DNA of 64,000 bases from Octopus vulgaris (taxonomy: Eukaryota). The stretch spans positions 123,070,001 to 123,134,000 of the forward strand of contig OX597817.1 in NCBI GenBank assembly GCA_951406725.2. The letters are read 5' to 3'. How positions within the stretch are numbered: position 1 is the first letter of the stretch; the number at the start of each line of letters is the position of its first letter. Below, in pieces: positions 1 through 12,480 of this stretch. The position numbers and the translations under genes were made by a program. The notes beneath the pieces were generated by a model. The model had not been told where the DNA came from and did no database searches. It saw only the letters and a list, made by a program, of their open reading frames with translations.

Positions 1-107
1 ATCGCTCTACATTTAAACTGATGTAATGATTTAATTGTTAAATTAAATGGAGTTGCATGAAACGATCGTACTGCATTACCTCTGGATATCCTTGTTGCTT
101 ATTTTGA

Positions 108-174
108 TATATATACATTTACAATATATATATATATATATATATATATGTATTTATACTTCTATATATATATA

Positions 175-235
<61 letters not shown>

Positions 236-373
236 ATATACATATATATATATAAACATATATATATATACATACACATACATACATATACATATATACA
301 TATCTCTACATATATATATATACACACATATATACTTATATATATATTTATATACTTATATATACATATATGT

Positions 374-418
<45 letters not shown>

Positions 419-533
419 AATATGTATATATATGCATATGTATACATGCATACATATATATATATGTGTGTGTGTGTGTGTGTATATATATATTGTCGAA
501 ACTTCAAAGTCACTAACAATAATCTTGTTTAAG

Positions 534-569
<36 letters not shown>

Positions 570-570
570 T
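108..570. repeat. Compound (TA)n/(CA)n/(TG)n microsatellite
   Basis: Direct reading; explains the YIYIY-type ORFs. Confidence 0.95.
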
Positions 571-1172
571 ACTATATTTGCGTATATATTCATGCATATG
601 TGTATGTGTTCACATGTTCATATATATATATGTGCGTGTGTGTGTAGACAGATAGATAGATATAAAGAGACAGAAAATATTATTATTATTTCAAAGTTAG
701 ACTGCTGTGAAAATGACATAGCAAATGAATGTAAAGCTTATCAAATTAGTATTGAGCTTTATGAATTTCCTCTTTGATTGATATGAACTCCTGCTGTTTT
801 GCATGCACTGTCTACAACCTTTGCATGATTATGTCTCATAGGTATCAGAATTTATCTATCATTTCACGTAATTAACTTGTTGTAGGTTAAAGTTCAACAA
901 AAGGTTTGCATGTATATAACTAATAATCTTGTAAGAGAATCTCATGCACTTAAAGTGATAACTCTTTATCACATTGCTAGAAAAATCTTGCAAATTCTTA
1001 CAAAGAAAGAATATAGCCTAAAGCTAGAAATATAAGGAATTATTTCAGTTTGTTCTTTCAACTCCTTTCATTTTGAGAGTTTAATGTCAGGATGATAATC
1101 TGTCTATATATCTGTTCTGTATTGTAGCATAGAGGTAAGCTCTTAAGAAGATTATTGCTATGCTATATCTAT

Positions 1173-1965
1173 TATCTTTTACTGGTTTCAGTACCAATTT
1201 GGAGAATTTTAGTTGAATGAAACCACCACAGTAGTTATTATTTTTCATAAAGCCTGGTTCTTATTCTGTTAGTCACCTTTGCTGAAATGCTAAGTTTTTG
1301 AGCACGTAAAGACACCAACACTGGTTGTCAAATGGAGGTGGGGACAAACACACACATACACACATACATATGCATACACACAGAATGGGATTCTTTCAAG
1401 TTCCTTATCTCTTTATTGCCTACTAGGGGCTAAACATAGAGGAGACAAACAAGGACAGACAAAGGAACTAAGTCGATTACATCGACCCCAGTGAGTAACT
1501 GGTACTTAATTTATCGACCCTGAAAGGATGAAAGGCAAAGTCGACCTCGACGGAATTTGAACTCAGAACGTAATGGCAGACAAAATACCTATTTCTTTAC
1601 TACCCACAAGGGGCTAAACACAGAGAGGACAAACAAGGACAGACAAACGTATTAAGTCGATTATATCGACCCCAGTGCGTAACTGGTACTTATTTAATCG
1701 ACCCTGAAATGATGAAAGGCAAAGTCGACCTCAGCGGAATTTGAACTCAGAACATAGCGGCAGATGAAATACCTCTAAGCATCTCGCCCCGCATGCTAAC
1801 ATTTCTGCCAGCTTGCCGCCTTTCAGTTTCTGTCTTCCTAATCTACTAACAGGGTTTTGGTCAACTCAACACTATAATATAGTGGAAGACACTTACCCAA
1901 GGTGTAAGTGGGACTGACTCCAGAACCATGTGGCTAGGAAGGAAACTTCTTGAAATATGGCTTTG
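1173..1965 (-). mobile_element. Decayed family-B SINE interrupted by a family-A SINE dimer (about 1405-1822)
   Basis: Family-B segments at about 1173-1400 and 1820-1965 flank family-A sequence containing GAGTTCAAATTCC (B-box-like) and CCTTTCATCCTTTCAGGGTCGATAAA on the minus strand. Confidence 0.8.
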
Positions 1966-2625
1966 GTTCCCAGATGCTGAGACATGTAGTTTATTTTCCT
2001 TAACTTCTATTGTTACATGTTTCTCTGATTGTTGGTTGTTGTTTAACAATCTTGTCAGTCCTGATCAAGTAGACTTATGGTTAAAGATATATCATTTGTG
2101 ATCATCATATTTTTTATTCAAACATAGTGTATCTAGGAAGTTAGAACTTGAATGCCTTCGATCTAGGCTGACCAGAGGTCATCTAAAAACAACAGCAACA
2201 ACAACAAACCCAAATAGAAGTTAACTCATTAGCTTGTTGTTGTTGTTGTTGTTGCTATTTAGCTCTTATCTACCAGCATATTAATGGATCACTCCATTAA
2301 ACCACTAAATTATCTCTACTTCACCACCATACATCATTCACTCTCTCCATACACATATCTTCCAGTGTTTCCCACCACACTGGCAACCCATCCAACCACA
2401 CATTATCTCTCTCTCTTTCCCCATGTCTCTCTCTCTTTCTCTCATTTTCCCCCTTCCCCTCTCTACAGTCTCAACCTTAGTATTCTATTACTCTTTACAT
2501 CCATTTATCACTGTCTCCTCATTCTTTATCCATCATTCATTACATCCATCCCTCAACACTTGTTCATCATTCATTATATTCATACACTGATACAGTTCTG
2601 ACCTCTCATTCTCCAGTACAATCTT

Positions 2626-2851
2626 ATTTCTTTATTGCCCACAAGGGGCTAAACATAGAGGGGATAAACAAGGACAGACAAAGGGATTAGATTACATTGG
2701 CCCCAGTGCATAACTAGTACTTAATATATCAACCCCGAAAGGATGAAAGGCAAAGTCGACCTTGGCGAAATTTGAACTCAGAACATAACAACAGACGAAT
2801 TACTGCTAAACGTTTTGCCCGGTGTGCTAACGTTTCTGCCAGCTCGCCGCC
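2626..2851 (-). mobile_element. Family-A tRNA-derived SINE (central region resembles the MetaSINE domain), full length
   Basis: GGCGGCGAGCTGGCAGAAACGTTAG head and AATAAAGAAAT tail; AGTACAATCTT repeated on both sides (2615-2625, 2853-2863) as a likely TSD. Confidence 0.85.
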
Positions 2852-2965
2852 AAGTACAATCTTCTCCAGTACAATCTTGCTACTCACCTACACTTATGCT
2901 TACTGTGTCTCCACTCACATTAAACTGTAGAACTAACATGATTAGAAAAGGACTGACTGGATTGA

Positions 2966-3291
2966 ACCTTGGGTAAGTGTCTTCCACTATATTATAGTGT
3001 TGAGTTGACCAAAACCCTGTTAGTAGATTTGGAAGACAGAAACTGAAAGGCGGCAAGCTGGCAGAAATGTTAGCATGCGGGGCGAGATGCTTAGAGGTAT
3101 TTCGTCTGCCGCTATGTTCTGAGTTCAAATTCCGCCGAGGTCGACTTTGCCTTTCATCCTTTCGGGGTTGATTAAATAAGTACCAGTTACGCACTGGGGT
3201 CGATATAATCGACTTAATACGTTTGTCTGTCCTTGTTTGTCCTCTCTGTGTTTAGCCCCTTGTGGGTAGTAAAGAAATAGGTATTTTGTCT
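2966..3291 (+). repeat. Inverted duplicate of 1578-1903 (SINE-B fragment plus SINE-A)
   Basis: Reverse complement matches 1578-1903 with about 6 differences by eye, including the same SINE/SINE junction. Confidence 0.9.
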
Positions 3292-3579
3292 TATCCTCAT
3301 CATTAGCTGTAACAGTGACAACTTTATCTCGTATCTGAGAATTTAGTTTCCTTTTTGCTGTATGCTTCCTTTATGGTGATGGTGGTGATGATTCTGTAGA
3401 CTAATTCTTGCATGGAAGAGTCGATGGCATTAACTGCATGGTAATGCTGGTAGAGGACGAGGTTGATTTCGCTGAGCCTTTCTTTCCCATCTTTTGATTT
3501 CTTCTTTTTGTAGCTTTGAAATTTTTGGTTCTGATGGTGATGGAACACTACCACTTGGTACTGTCTAGGGTTTGTATTT

Positions 3580-4060
3580 CAAATGACGTAGGCTCAATTC
3601 CAGTGGCTTTCACTCTAAATACATTGTTGAAATCAACGACTCTCACTTTACTTGCTGTATCATCATCATCATTATCATCATCGTTTAACGTCCGCTCTCC
3701 ATGCTAGCATGGGTTGGACGGTTCAACTGGGGTCTGGGAAGCCCGAAGGCTGCACCAGGCCAGTCAGATCTGGCAGTGTTTCTACAGCTGGATGCCCTTC
3801 CTAACGCCAACCACTCCAAGAGTGTAGTGGGTGATTTTATGTGCCACCGACACAGGTTCCAGACGAACATAGTTTGTACAGCTCATGCAAGTCACCTGTT
3901 TATCTACACCTAGTATCTTTAGTACCCAACATATTATAGAGCATTGTTTTTTGTCAAAGGTCTTCTTCAACTCTATGAATGAATACCAGCTATAGGATTA
4001 GGGTTAGCCAAGTATTTCTCCTGCAGTTGTCTTTTTAGCAGGGCTGCATCTGTACTACCC
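3580..4060 (-). mobile_element. Old RTE LINE reverse-transcriptase fragment, interrupted by a younger RTE 3' tail (3661-3862)
   Basis: Frameshifted translation STDAALLKRQLQEKYLA..FIELKKTFD..ICWVLKILGVD..SKVRV resembles RTE RT; the insert ends GCGGACGTTAAAC(GAT)n like the RTE at 20580-21700. Confidence 0.75.
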
Positions 4061-4179
4061 CATCTGAGTATGAAACAAAGATACAAATCATATGAATTAA
4101 CTTTGTTTCTCTTGAATTGTGATATTCTTCTCTCATCTTGAAGAATATTATTTCTATTTTTTTTTTATCTTTTTATTAT

Positions 4180-4772
4180 ATATTGTTGTTGAAAGAGAAA
4201 GAGAGAGAGAGAGAAAGAGAGAGAATAGAAAAGAGAATAAAAAAAAAAAAAAAAAAAAAAATAAAAATTGAAAATAAAAAAAAAAAAAAAAAATAAATAT
4301 AAATTATATATTATTTATATTTTTATATATAAATACTTTTATATATTAATATATATTATTTTATATTAAAATAGAGAAGAAGAGAAAACCAACACACAAC
4401 AATAAACACAACAAAGAAAAAATAATACACAAGAGATAACAACAAGAAAGAAAAACAAAAAAAAAAAAAATATACAAACAATATACATAAAACAAAAAAC
4501 AAAATAAAAAAAATAATATAAAAAAAATAATAAAAAAAAAATAAAAAAAAGAAAAAAAAAAAAAAAAATAAAAAATAAAAAAAAAAAAAAAAATAAAAAA
4601 AAAATAATAAATAACAAAAAACATAATAATAAAAATAAAGAAAAAAAAAAAAAAAAAAAAATAAAATAAATATAAATAAAAAAAAAAAATAAAAAAAAAG
4701 AAAAAAAAAAAAAGAAAAAAAAAAAAATAATAAAAAAAAAAAAAAAAAAATAAAAAAAAAAAAAAAAAATAA

Positions 4773-4819
<47 letters not shown>

Positions 4820-5055
4820 AAAGAAAAAAAAAACTATTTGAATAGAAACAAATAAATATAACATATAACACAAAAAAAATATAAAAATAAAAAAAAAAAA
4901 CACAAAAAAAAAATAACACATACACATATAACACAAACAAACACAACATATATATATACACACATATATATATGTATATATATATATACAAAATAACACA
5001 ATATATATACATATACACACATATAGAAATACAAACATATCTCTCTGTCTTCTCT

Positions 5056-5132
<77 letters not shown>

Positions 5133-5323
5133 CATACATATATATATATATATATATACACATATATATATACACATATATATACATATATATACATACA
5201 TATATATATACATATATACATATATATATACACACATATAATATATATATACATATATAAATACATACATATATACATATATATATACACACATACTTAT
5301 ATATTCGTATTATATATATATAT

Positions 5324-5368
<45 letters not shown>

Positions 5369-5400
5369 CACGCATATATATACATGCATACACATATATA
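4180..5400. repeat. Long irregular A-rich tract followed by TA/CA microsatellite (A-rich part possibly a sequencing artefact)
   Basis: About 700 nt of poly(A) with scattered T/C/G and no periodic unit. Confidence 0.8.
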
Positions 5401-5408
5401 TGCATATC

Positions 5409-6292
5409 TGGTGTCCTGTACCCATATATGCGTGTATATATACACGTAGAGGTAGGTACGAACATATATGTATATATGCATATGTTTTATTTATTAATTT
5501 ATTATATGACGGAACGCACGCATCCATTTCTAAGTAAGATTGTTCTTGATATTAATAGTGATGCGCACTCTTGACCTTTCTGTCCCCTCCCTTTCTCAGC
5601 CTTCATTCTTTCTGGTTTCCTTTTCTTCTACCTTACTGTCTCCCCCTCTCTCTCATTCTTCATTCTTTCTTGCTTCTTCACAACCATTCTCTTTTTTTCT
5701 CTCCCTTTCTCTTGCTCCTCCCGTCCTTGACCCGCGACGAGAGCTCTGCTACTGTCTTTCTGGCCTGACTTCCTTGAAGTGTGGACGGCATTTTCTGTTG
5801 CTCCTTCGCCGTTCTCAAAAATAGCGTTCATAATACTTTTTCTCGTTCGTCTTAACAGCCCTTCTTGTCTTGTTATTCTCCTTGTCCTGTCTGTTACTGT
5901 TTATATTTTGTACTGTCGTTACTGTCCTGTTTTTGTTACCATTTTTACCCCTCCGCAAAAAGATCTCAAATTTTATTTAATTTGCTTTTCGCGGGAAGGA
6001 AAGTTTCTATCGAAGATCGGTATCGCCTTCACCTTCGAAACGCAGAGTAGATGAAACCATGGCGACTGAAGAAGGGGAATTTTCCTTGTGTTATTTGTCC
6101 TGTACTCTATTTTTTGTTGTTTAAGAAAAATGTCCAGTTCTTTGGTTTTGTGTTTATGCTTTCGTTTCTCATTGTGTTCGACGTTTTTTTGGTGTCCTGT
6201 ACCCATATATGCGTGTATATATACATGTAGAGGTAGGTACGTACATTTATGTATGTATATATGCATATGTTTTATTTATTAATTTATTATAT
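5409..6292 (+). mobile_element. ORF-less element with about 100-bp terminal direct repeats (period 781), embedded in (TA)n; Penelope-like non-autonomous candidate
   Basis: TGGTGTCCTGTACCCATATATGCGTG...TTAATTTATTATAT at 5409-5507 and 6190-6292; hammerhead-like words at about 6003-6075. Confidence 0.65.
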
Positions 6293-6363
6293 ATATGGAT
6301 CAAAACTGTCTGATTCAAATTTGTTGGTAGTCTTGAGTTTCAAGCGTAATGCTAATCATCAGC

Positions 6364-6717
6364 CATTTTGAATTTGAACGACAGAAGTTGATTGTTATTA
6401 CTGTAAGGTGGGCTGTGAATAGTCAAGGAAGGTTACGCAGTGCCGTGGTGTGAGTGCCTCTACACACTCACATATAGAACTATATACTTGTACATGTCAT
6501 CTCTGACTGCTTCCCCCAACAACATGACCAATTTCCTAATCACCACGTGATATATTTCCTGTCCTACACGTGGTCAATTCCTTGTTCACCATGTGGTATT
6601 TTCCAATTAACTGTTACCCATATACCAACATCAAGCCACAACACTGCATAACCTTCAACCAATCGCAGCCCACCTTACGGTAATAACGATCAACTTCTGT
6701 CGTTCAAATTCAAAATG
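6364..6717. mobile_element. MITE-like element with about 85-bp inverted repeats
   Basis: CATTTTGAATTTGAACGACAGAAGTTGAT... (6364-6448) is the reverse complement of about 6636-6717. Confidence 0.8.
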
Positions 6718-7438
6718 TAGTAAATAATATACAGTCGCTGGTGTAAAGATAATACACTTAAACGCATTAACAAAGGGATGTGGGTTCAACTCCAATGCGG
6801 AGAGGAAGGCCTTCTTTTTTCTGTCGAGGGCTTATATGCCCCTTTATAAAGATACCATTATTATTATTTACAGGATTGTAAACTCGGCACTGTATAAAAA
6901 AAAAGCCGACGTCACCTACCTCTAGTCCAAGGAAATTTTACAAACACCAGTTGCTGACGTCAACTAACTCCATACCAATCAAAAGCGAACTTCAGCAAAT
7001 ACAGCGAAAATACCCTTTATAAGGACCAACCAACCGGAACGACTGATGACCGTCTCCACAGGGAAGCCAGCCAAGCAGAACGACAAGCTTGTAAGCTTGA
7101 CCACCAGAAAAAACGTCACCAGTGTTTTAACAAATAAAAATCAGATCCACTCGCGGAAAAAAAATTATTAATACATCTGATCCCAAAACATACCACTACA
7201 AGCGAAAGCGTCTACGGAAAGAGGATCAGAGAAACTGTAAACCAAATTCCCTTTTGCTCACTATTTTCATTTCTCCCTTATTTTCCCCCCTCTTAACTCA
7301 GTATGACTTGTCGATCACCACTAATATTAACGAGCTTTGTACATTCAAACAAATTGATATACAGTTTTAATATTATTGGCTGCAATGAACATTCCAACTT
7401 GCACCTGTCATCCTAATTAATAATGCTAAATTTATCTG

Positions 7439-7690
7439 AAAATAGAAATAGTACATTTCTAAATCTCTCAGAGAGATTTATGCAGTAGCAGCACGATAAA
7501 GTGATAGCATGTTGTCAATTTAATGTGACAGTTCCATGAAAGGGAAGAATGCTACTGTTATTTAGCCCTAGGAAACACCGTTTCCTGTTGGACTTGACAC
7601 ATTTCCTGTGTCCTTATATTTTCAAAGTGGAGAGAAGCACCTTCACCCAGCAAAGCCAGCAGAGACTAGTTTCAGAGTCAGTGCTCTGGA
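7439..7690 (-). mobile_element. Diverged partial copy of the hammerhead-bearing 361-nt element family (see 31012-31438)
   Basis: Collinear shared blocks AAAATAGAAATA, ATTTCTAA.TCTCTC, GAATGCT.C.GTT..TTAGC, TGACACA...CCTGTG.CC and AGACTAGTTTCAG. Confidence 0.75.
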
Positions 7691-7839
7691 GTAGCATGGT
7701 TTACTAGCTGAATTTTTTATTAAGACAATAAATGTCACACATAGATGGTACAGTACAACACAACGCATACAAAAAAGTTAATATGAGTTTGGATGATCTT
7801 TAATTCAAAGTTTTAATGAAATGATTAATTTTAATTTAT

Positions 7840-10800
7840 AGTCTTTTTCCTTTTGGGGAGGAGATTATGTCCGGTTGCCTCAAAGGTTCAACGACTATCC
7901 CTTTCCTTATTTTTTTCCAATGCAGATTAAGTAGGATTACGTGCACCCGCCTTTCTTAAAACAGCCTTCCATCTTTCCTCAAACACACTTCGCAACAGGA
8001 TCCTTCTCTCCAGCCCTATCTTGCTTTTCAGATTATATCTGAAGAATTGTAAAAAACCAGGGCCACAAATGAAGGATCCCGTCACGAGTCCTTGCATTCT
8101 AGTCTTCCACACACATACTTTCAGCACAGCAACTGCACAGAAAAAAATACCTCACTTTCCTTCGAGAGTGCAGTTGGCGGTACAATCTTTATAGATTCAG
8201 CCGATAGCTGTACTCTTCCCAGATGCGTCAACACGTGTTCGACGCAAATCATCAAGCCTGACAGCTCCTGACAATGTACAAAAGCGTGCTGGATGGTTTC
8301 ATCATCCAGTTCACATCTTGCACATCATTGGCACTGACATTCCGTGCCTGGATAACTTATCGTGAACTGGTAAAGCATTCCTGTAGCACTGCCAAGTCAG
8401 AGATTTTTGATAATTATCCAAATACCCTAACCCGAAAGTTTTTTTTGAAGAGGTTGGTAAGTTGGTTTTCATCGAACCCCAGAGCCCCTCCTAGGGTGTC
8501 ATCGTTTTTGTGCTCTACCAGCCCTCTATACAAAACCGAGGTGGTATTCCCACTGCCGGGCCAGCTCGTCTTGTGGATAAGCACGAGTGCCTGTCGACAC
8601 TCCTTATGCCATTTAAACCGGGTTTAAACCGTTCCAAAGAAGTTGGTCGTGGTAAGAATTCCTCTGCCAGCGGATTCCACACCTTATCACCCTCCAAATA
8701 ACGCCAAATATGCCTAACACCCACTTTAGCGGTTCCTGGCAGCAAACGGAGCGCCTCACAAGTGGCTTCCCCACTGTCCACAAAGATCGGAAAAGGAGGC
8801 GCTCCAACTTGTTTAGCCACAAATCAGGGCAAGGGACAAAGGCGGTAGGTGATTACAGATGCAATTAACATATGTACCACCTACGCCCTTCCTTTCAAGG
8901 ACGAGTCCTTCCGGACCAAATCCGTGCTAGAGCTTCTACCTTGTCTGCCACCTCGCTCCAATTCTTCTCCGTCTGGGAGTCCAGTCGAACCAAACTCCAA
9001 GCAACATAACAGGACCATCTGTCCAGTGACCCACGACAATGGACGATATCGACTTGCTCCTCCAGGTGCCGAGGCTCAAGCCAGCGGACTTGTTCTTGTT
9101 AACTTTTACCCCTGCCACCGCCTCGTATCCTTTGATAGCATCCTCTACACAAAGTAGCAACGCTTCATTGGACACGATGAGGGTGACGTCATCCGCATAA
9201 GCAGAGACTTACCGCATCCGATTTCATTAGAGTTGCCTCCCAACTTCTCCAACTTCCGCAGCAATGGTTCAAGAGCCAACACGTACAGAAACAGAGACAG
9301 GGGACATCCTCGATGAACTGAGCGCGTGATCGAAAATGGCTCCGACAGGTAACCGTTTATCTGGACGGTTGATTTGATGCTCCTATAGATGGCGGAGATC
9401 CACCTACGGAAGTCTGGACCCAGCCCAGCCGCTTCGAGGACCGCCACCAGGTACTGGTAGTCTACCCTATCAGATGCTTTACTTTGGTCTAAATGGGCCA
9501 TTGCCCCACCTTTGCCGGTTAATTTACCCACCCTGTCTAAGGTGTTGGGTATAAGTTGAAGATTGTTCTAGATCGACTTGCCTGGGATGTCTGCGCCTTC
9601 CCTACAAGTTTCTCCACAACACGCGTCAACCTTGGCCAAAAGTTTTAGGTCTACATTAAGTAGAGTTATGGGCCTATAATTACTAATATTATCCCCCCTT
9701 GCTCGGATCCTTCTGGATCAGCGTCACCACTTCCCGACTCACAGAGCTGGGAATCCTCCCATTCTGTTGCCAGTTTGTGTAGACGCTGGCCAGCAGGTCT
9801 CCGAACAAGACAGGCGTACTAAGATAAAATCCATAGGGTATACCATCCAACCCTGGCGCACTCGGCCATAATTTCATTTACCTCCGCAGGAGCAATCGGT
9901 CCTTCACAGCATTCCGCCTTCCGTGCCGAGAATCGCAGCCCACTGGCTAGAAAGTCCTTTAAGAGCTCCCCACGCTCAAGCGCTCCGCTCTTCCCGAACA
10001 ACCGGGTGAAATACTGGTGAAAGGCCTTTTGCATCATTTCCTGTCCATAGATCTTGCACCTCTGTTCGTCAGTTAAAGACTTTATGGAGGCTTTTTTGGC
10101 CCTCTGACTTTCCACACGACTTGCCCATCAGGCAATTGTAACACCTTCTCGGCTCAGTGCACGTAACTTAGCTCTAACTCTGCTGTCTTCGTTTTTGGCT
10201 TTGAGATGACGGTACAAAGCCGTTGTCGTCGCCTGCATTCTAGAAGCGGAGCCAGAGTCCATAGCCTCGTCTAAAATTCTTAACTAATTCCCCTTCTATT
10301 CTAGATTTATCTAAACTTAGCTGGTTGCTAAATCTAATTGACTCTAAACGAATGGCTCTTTTGAGGGCGTGCAACCTTCTATTATGAATGATGGCGCCAC
10401 GTAGTGACCTCTGTACTAACTCCTTAATCCGGGCACGGAAGGCTTTACAAATAAAAATAGGCTTGTTCGTCTTCCAGTATCCGGGTCCCTGTCTATGACA
10501 TTTTTCCCTGCGTGCCTCATACGTCACAAATTTGTGGTCCATGTAAGGTACAATAAAAAATCGTGGACAGCTAAAAGTATCCCTATCTCTATCTCTAATG
10601 AATGCCCTATCTATGTAAGATCTGCGTGAGCCGTCGTTATTACTCCATGTCCACTGTGGAACGCTCGGTTCATTCAGTCTGTAACGGTCTACTAGATTAT
10701 AGCTCTCTAGTAGACCTTTGAGGCCAAGATTTCCTTTCCTGTCAGCCGAGCTAACACCATCCAACCGTGCATCGAGGATAGTGTTAAAGTCTCCTAACAG

Positions 10801-10895
10801 AACTACCGTTTTTGACGTCACTAGAAAGTGCTCCAGGTCTCAAAAGAAAGCAGACTGCCTACGCTCGTTAGTAGTGTAGACAGCTACCAAACCGA
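7840..10895 (-). mobile_element. Tx1/L1-clade LINE, 5'-truncated ORF2 pseudogene (AP endonuclease, RT, C-terminal region)
   Basis: LLGDFN, SYIDR, DHKFV, GPGYWK (APE); APGLDGIPY, LDQSKASDRVD, RGCPLS, KVNKNKS, LGVWF (RT); many frameshifts and stops. Confidence 0.93.
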
Positions 10896-11227
10896 AGGAC
10901 TGTTTACTCTCTAATATAAACGACCCTTGTTTGAGTAAAAGACTTACTGGCATCGCTTGTCAAGAGTACAAGTGACAGTTAGATCGCTAATGTTTGTTGT
11001 CCATTCCGCCCTCGTTATTTGATTGCTGTTATTCTGAACGTCTGTGTGCGAAGATTGGTCGTGTTTTGCAGGGTTGCTTTATTTTTACCCTTGACTTAGA
11101 AATGGAGAAACACATAGTGCTAGATATAAAAAAAACCCCAAAACACTTAGGGCTAAAAATAAAGCAGGCGAAATCTGCGAAATCTGTGATGAGCCCGAGT
11201 GACGTTAATGACCTGGAGTCGCCTCCA

Positions 11228-11283
<56 letters not shown>

Positions 11284-11339
11284 ACACACACACACACACA
11301 CACTTTCTCTCGATCAAATAAGCCTAGCAACAGATATAG

Positions 11340-12375
11340 GAATCAGTATGTCCTCTGATTCAACCCAATTTTCGGTTCGCATGTTTCAACCAAGATGGCT
11401 GGAAAATTTTTCGGTACTTTGGATAAATGTTTTCCTAAATCTAATCGATATCATGCTATTTTTAAACGAATCCCTGTGAATGTATCATATGCTAACTCTG
11501 CTAATTTAAAACAGCTTATGCACCGCATAAACAATAGTAAAAAAAAAAGCTACAATTCAATAATCCACCAACGGGATCTAGCGAACATACACATCTAAAT
11601 ACCAACTAAGGAGATGTAAACCGCAATGAAAAGCACCAGTTATGGCCAAATTGTAATAGTAGAAATGCTTATGATATAGCTAACACGGCAACAACGTCGG
11701 AAAATGAAGTCGGAACTGCCATATATACAAATAAATATGATAAATGTTCATGCAGAGAGAAATCGAAATGTCCATTGATGAATCTCTGCATGAGTACAAA
11801 TCTTGTATATAAATGTACTGTGCACACAATGGGTGGGTTGTATTTTTACATTAGGCAGATGGCTGATTCATTTAAGAATCGTTACCGCAACCATGTTACC
11901 AGCTTTAAGAGAATCAATAAGAGACATTCAACATCTTTGGCCAATTTTGTATGGTGAATGAAGGAAGGCAAAATTAAGTGCAATAGAACTGGTAAGGCAC
12001 GTAAAACCATACAACACCATTTCCAGGAGATACTGACTCTGTTCCGAAGAATCCCCGTCTATACAGTAGACCAAGGAGAAGATCAATAACAGAATTTTTG
12101 AAAGACTCTCACGATGCCTACACGCATATAAATGTACTTTCGTATCCGCGGATGCTTGTATGAGCGAGAGTGCATGCACCATGCAATTTTCGCGAGAGCA
12201 TTTGTACACCCATACCTGTTAACGGTTATGTTAAACACTTTTCTCCGTTTATTACATGTTTGTTTCTTTTTTGCATCTATGTCCCACCCGTGAGGAATCG
12301 ATGCTAGATGTTTCGAAACAATTGTCAGGATTAATAATTAAAATTCTCGTATATTCCATCTCCCGTGTATCATTT
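11340..12375 (+). mobile_element. Penelope-like element 3' part (probably Neptune-type): RT C-terminal/linker region, GIY-YIG endonuclease and 3' pLTR, decayed
   Basis: FNPIFGSHVSTKMAGKFFGTLDKCFPKSNRYHAIFKR..VSY, then CPLMNLCMSTNLVYKCTV..YI..SFKNRYRNHVTSF..STSLANFVW..LCSEE; flanked by (CA)n on both sides. Confidence 0.88.
12286..12331 (+). ncRNA. Decayed minimal hammerhead ribozyme in the Penelope 3' region
   Basis: CCC-GTGAGGA...TC-GAA-ACAATTGT-C-AGG: palindromic stem III and GUC site; CUGANGA core mutated. Confidence 0.6.
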
Positions 12376-12394
12376 ACCACACGCACACACGCAT

Positions 12395-12480
<86 letters not shown>

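Noticed and set aside
119-538. Overlapping YIYIY/HTHT/VCVC ORFs here and throughout the window
   Set aside because: Translations of dinucleotide microsatellites, which lack stop codons.
4361-5290. 309-aa Phe-rich ORF, the longest in the track
   Set aside because: Reverse translation of an irregular poly(A) tract plus (TA)n; the tract looks like low-quality consensus and needs read-level checking.
7035-7085. CTGATGA followed by CC..GG and GAAG
   Set aside because: No GAAA, no stem III/UH and no closing stem I; not a hammerhead.
6742-7384. Possible solo LTR (TG...CA ends, TATA-like and AATAAA words)
   Set aside because: No TSD or second copy visible; boundaries are arbitrary.
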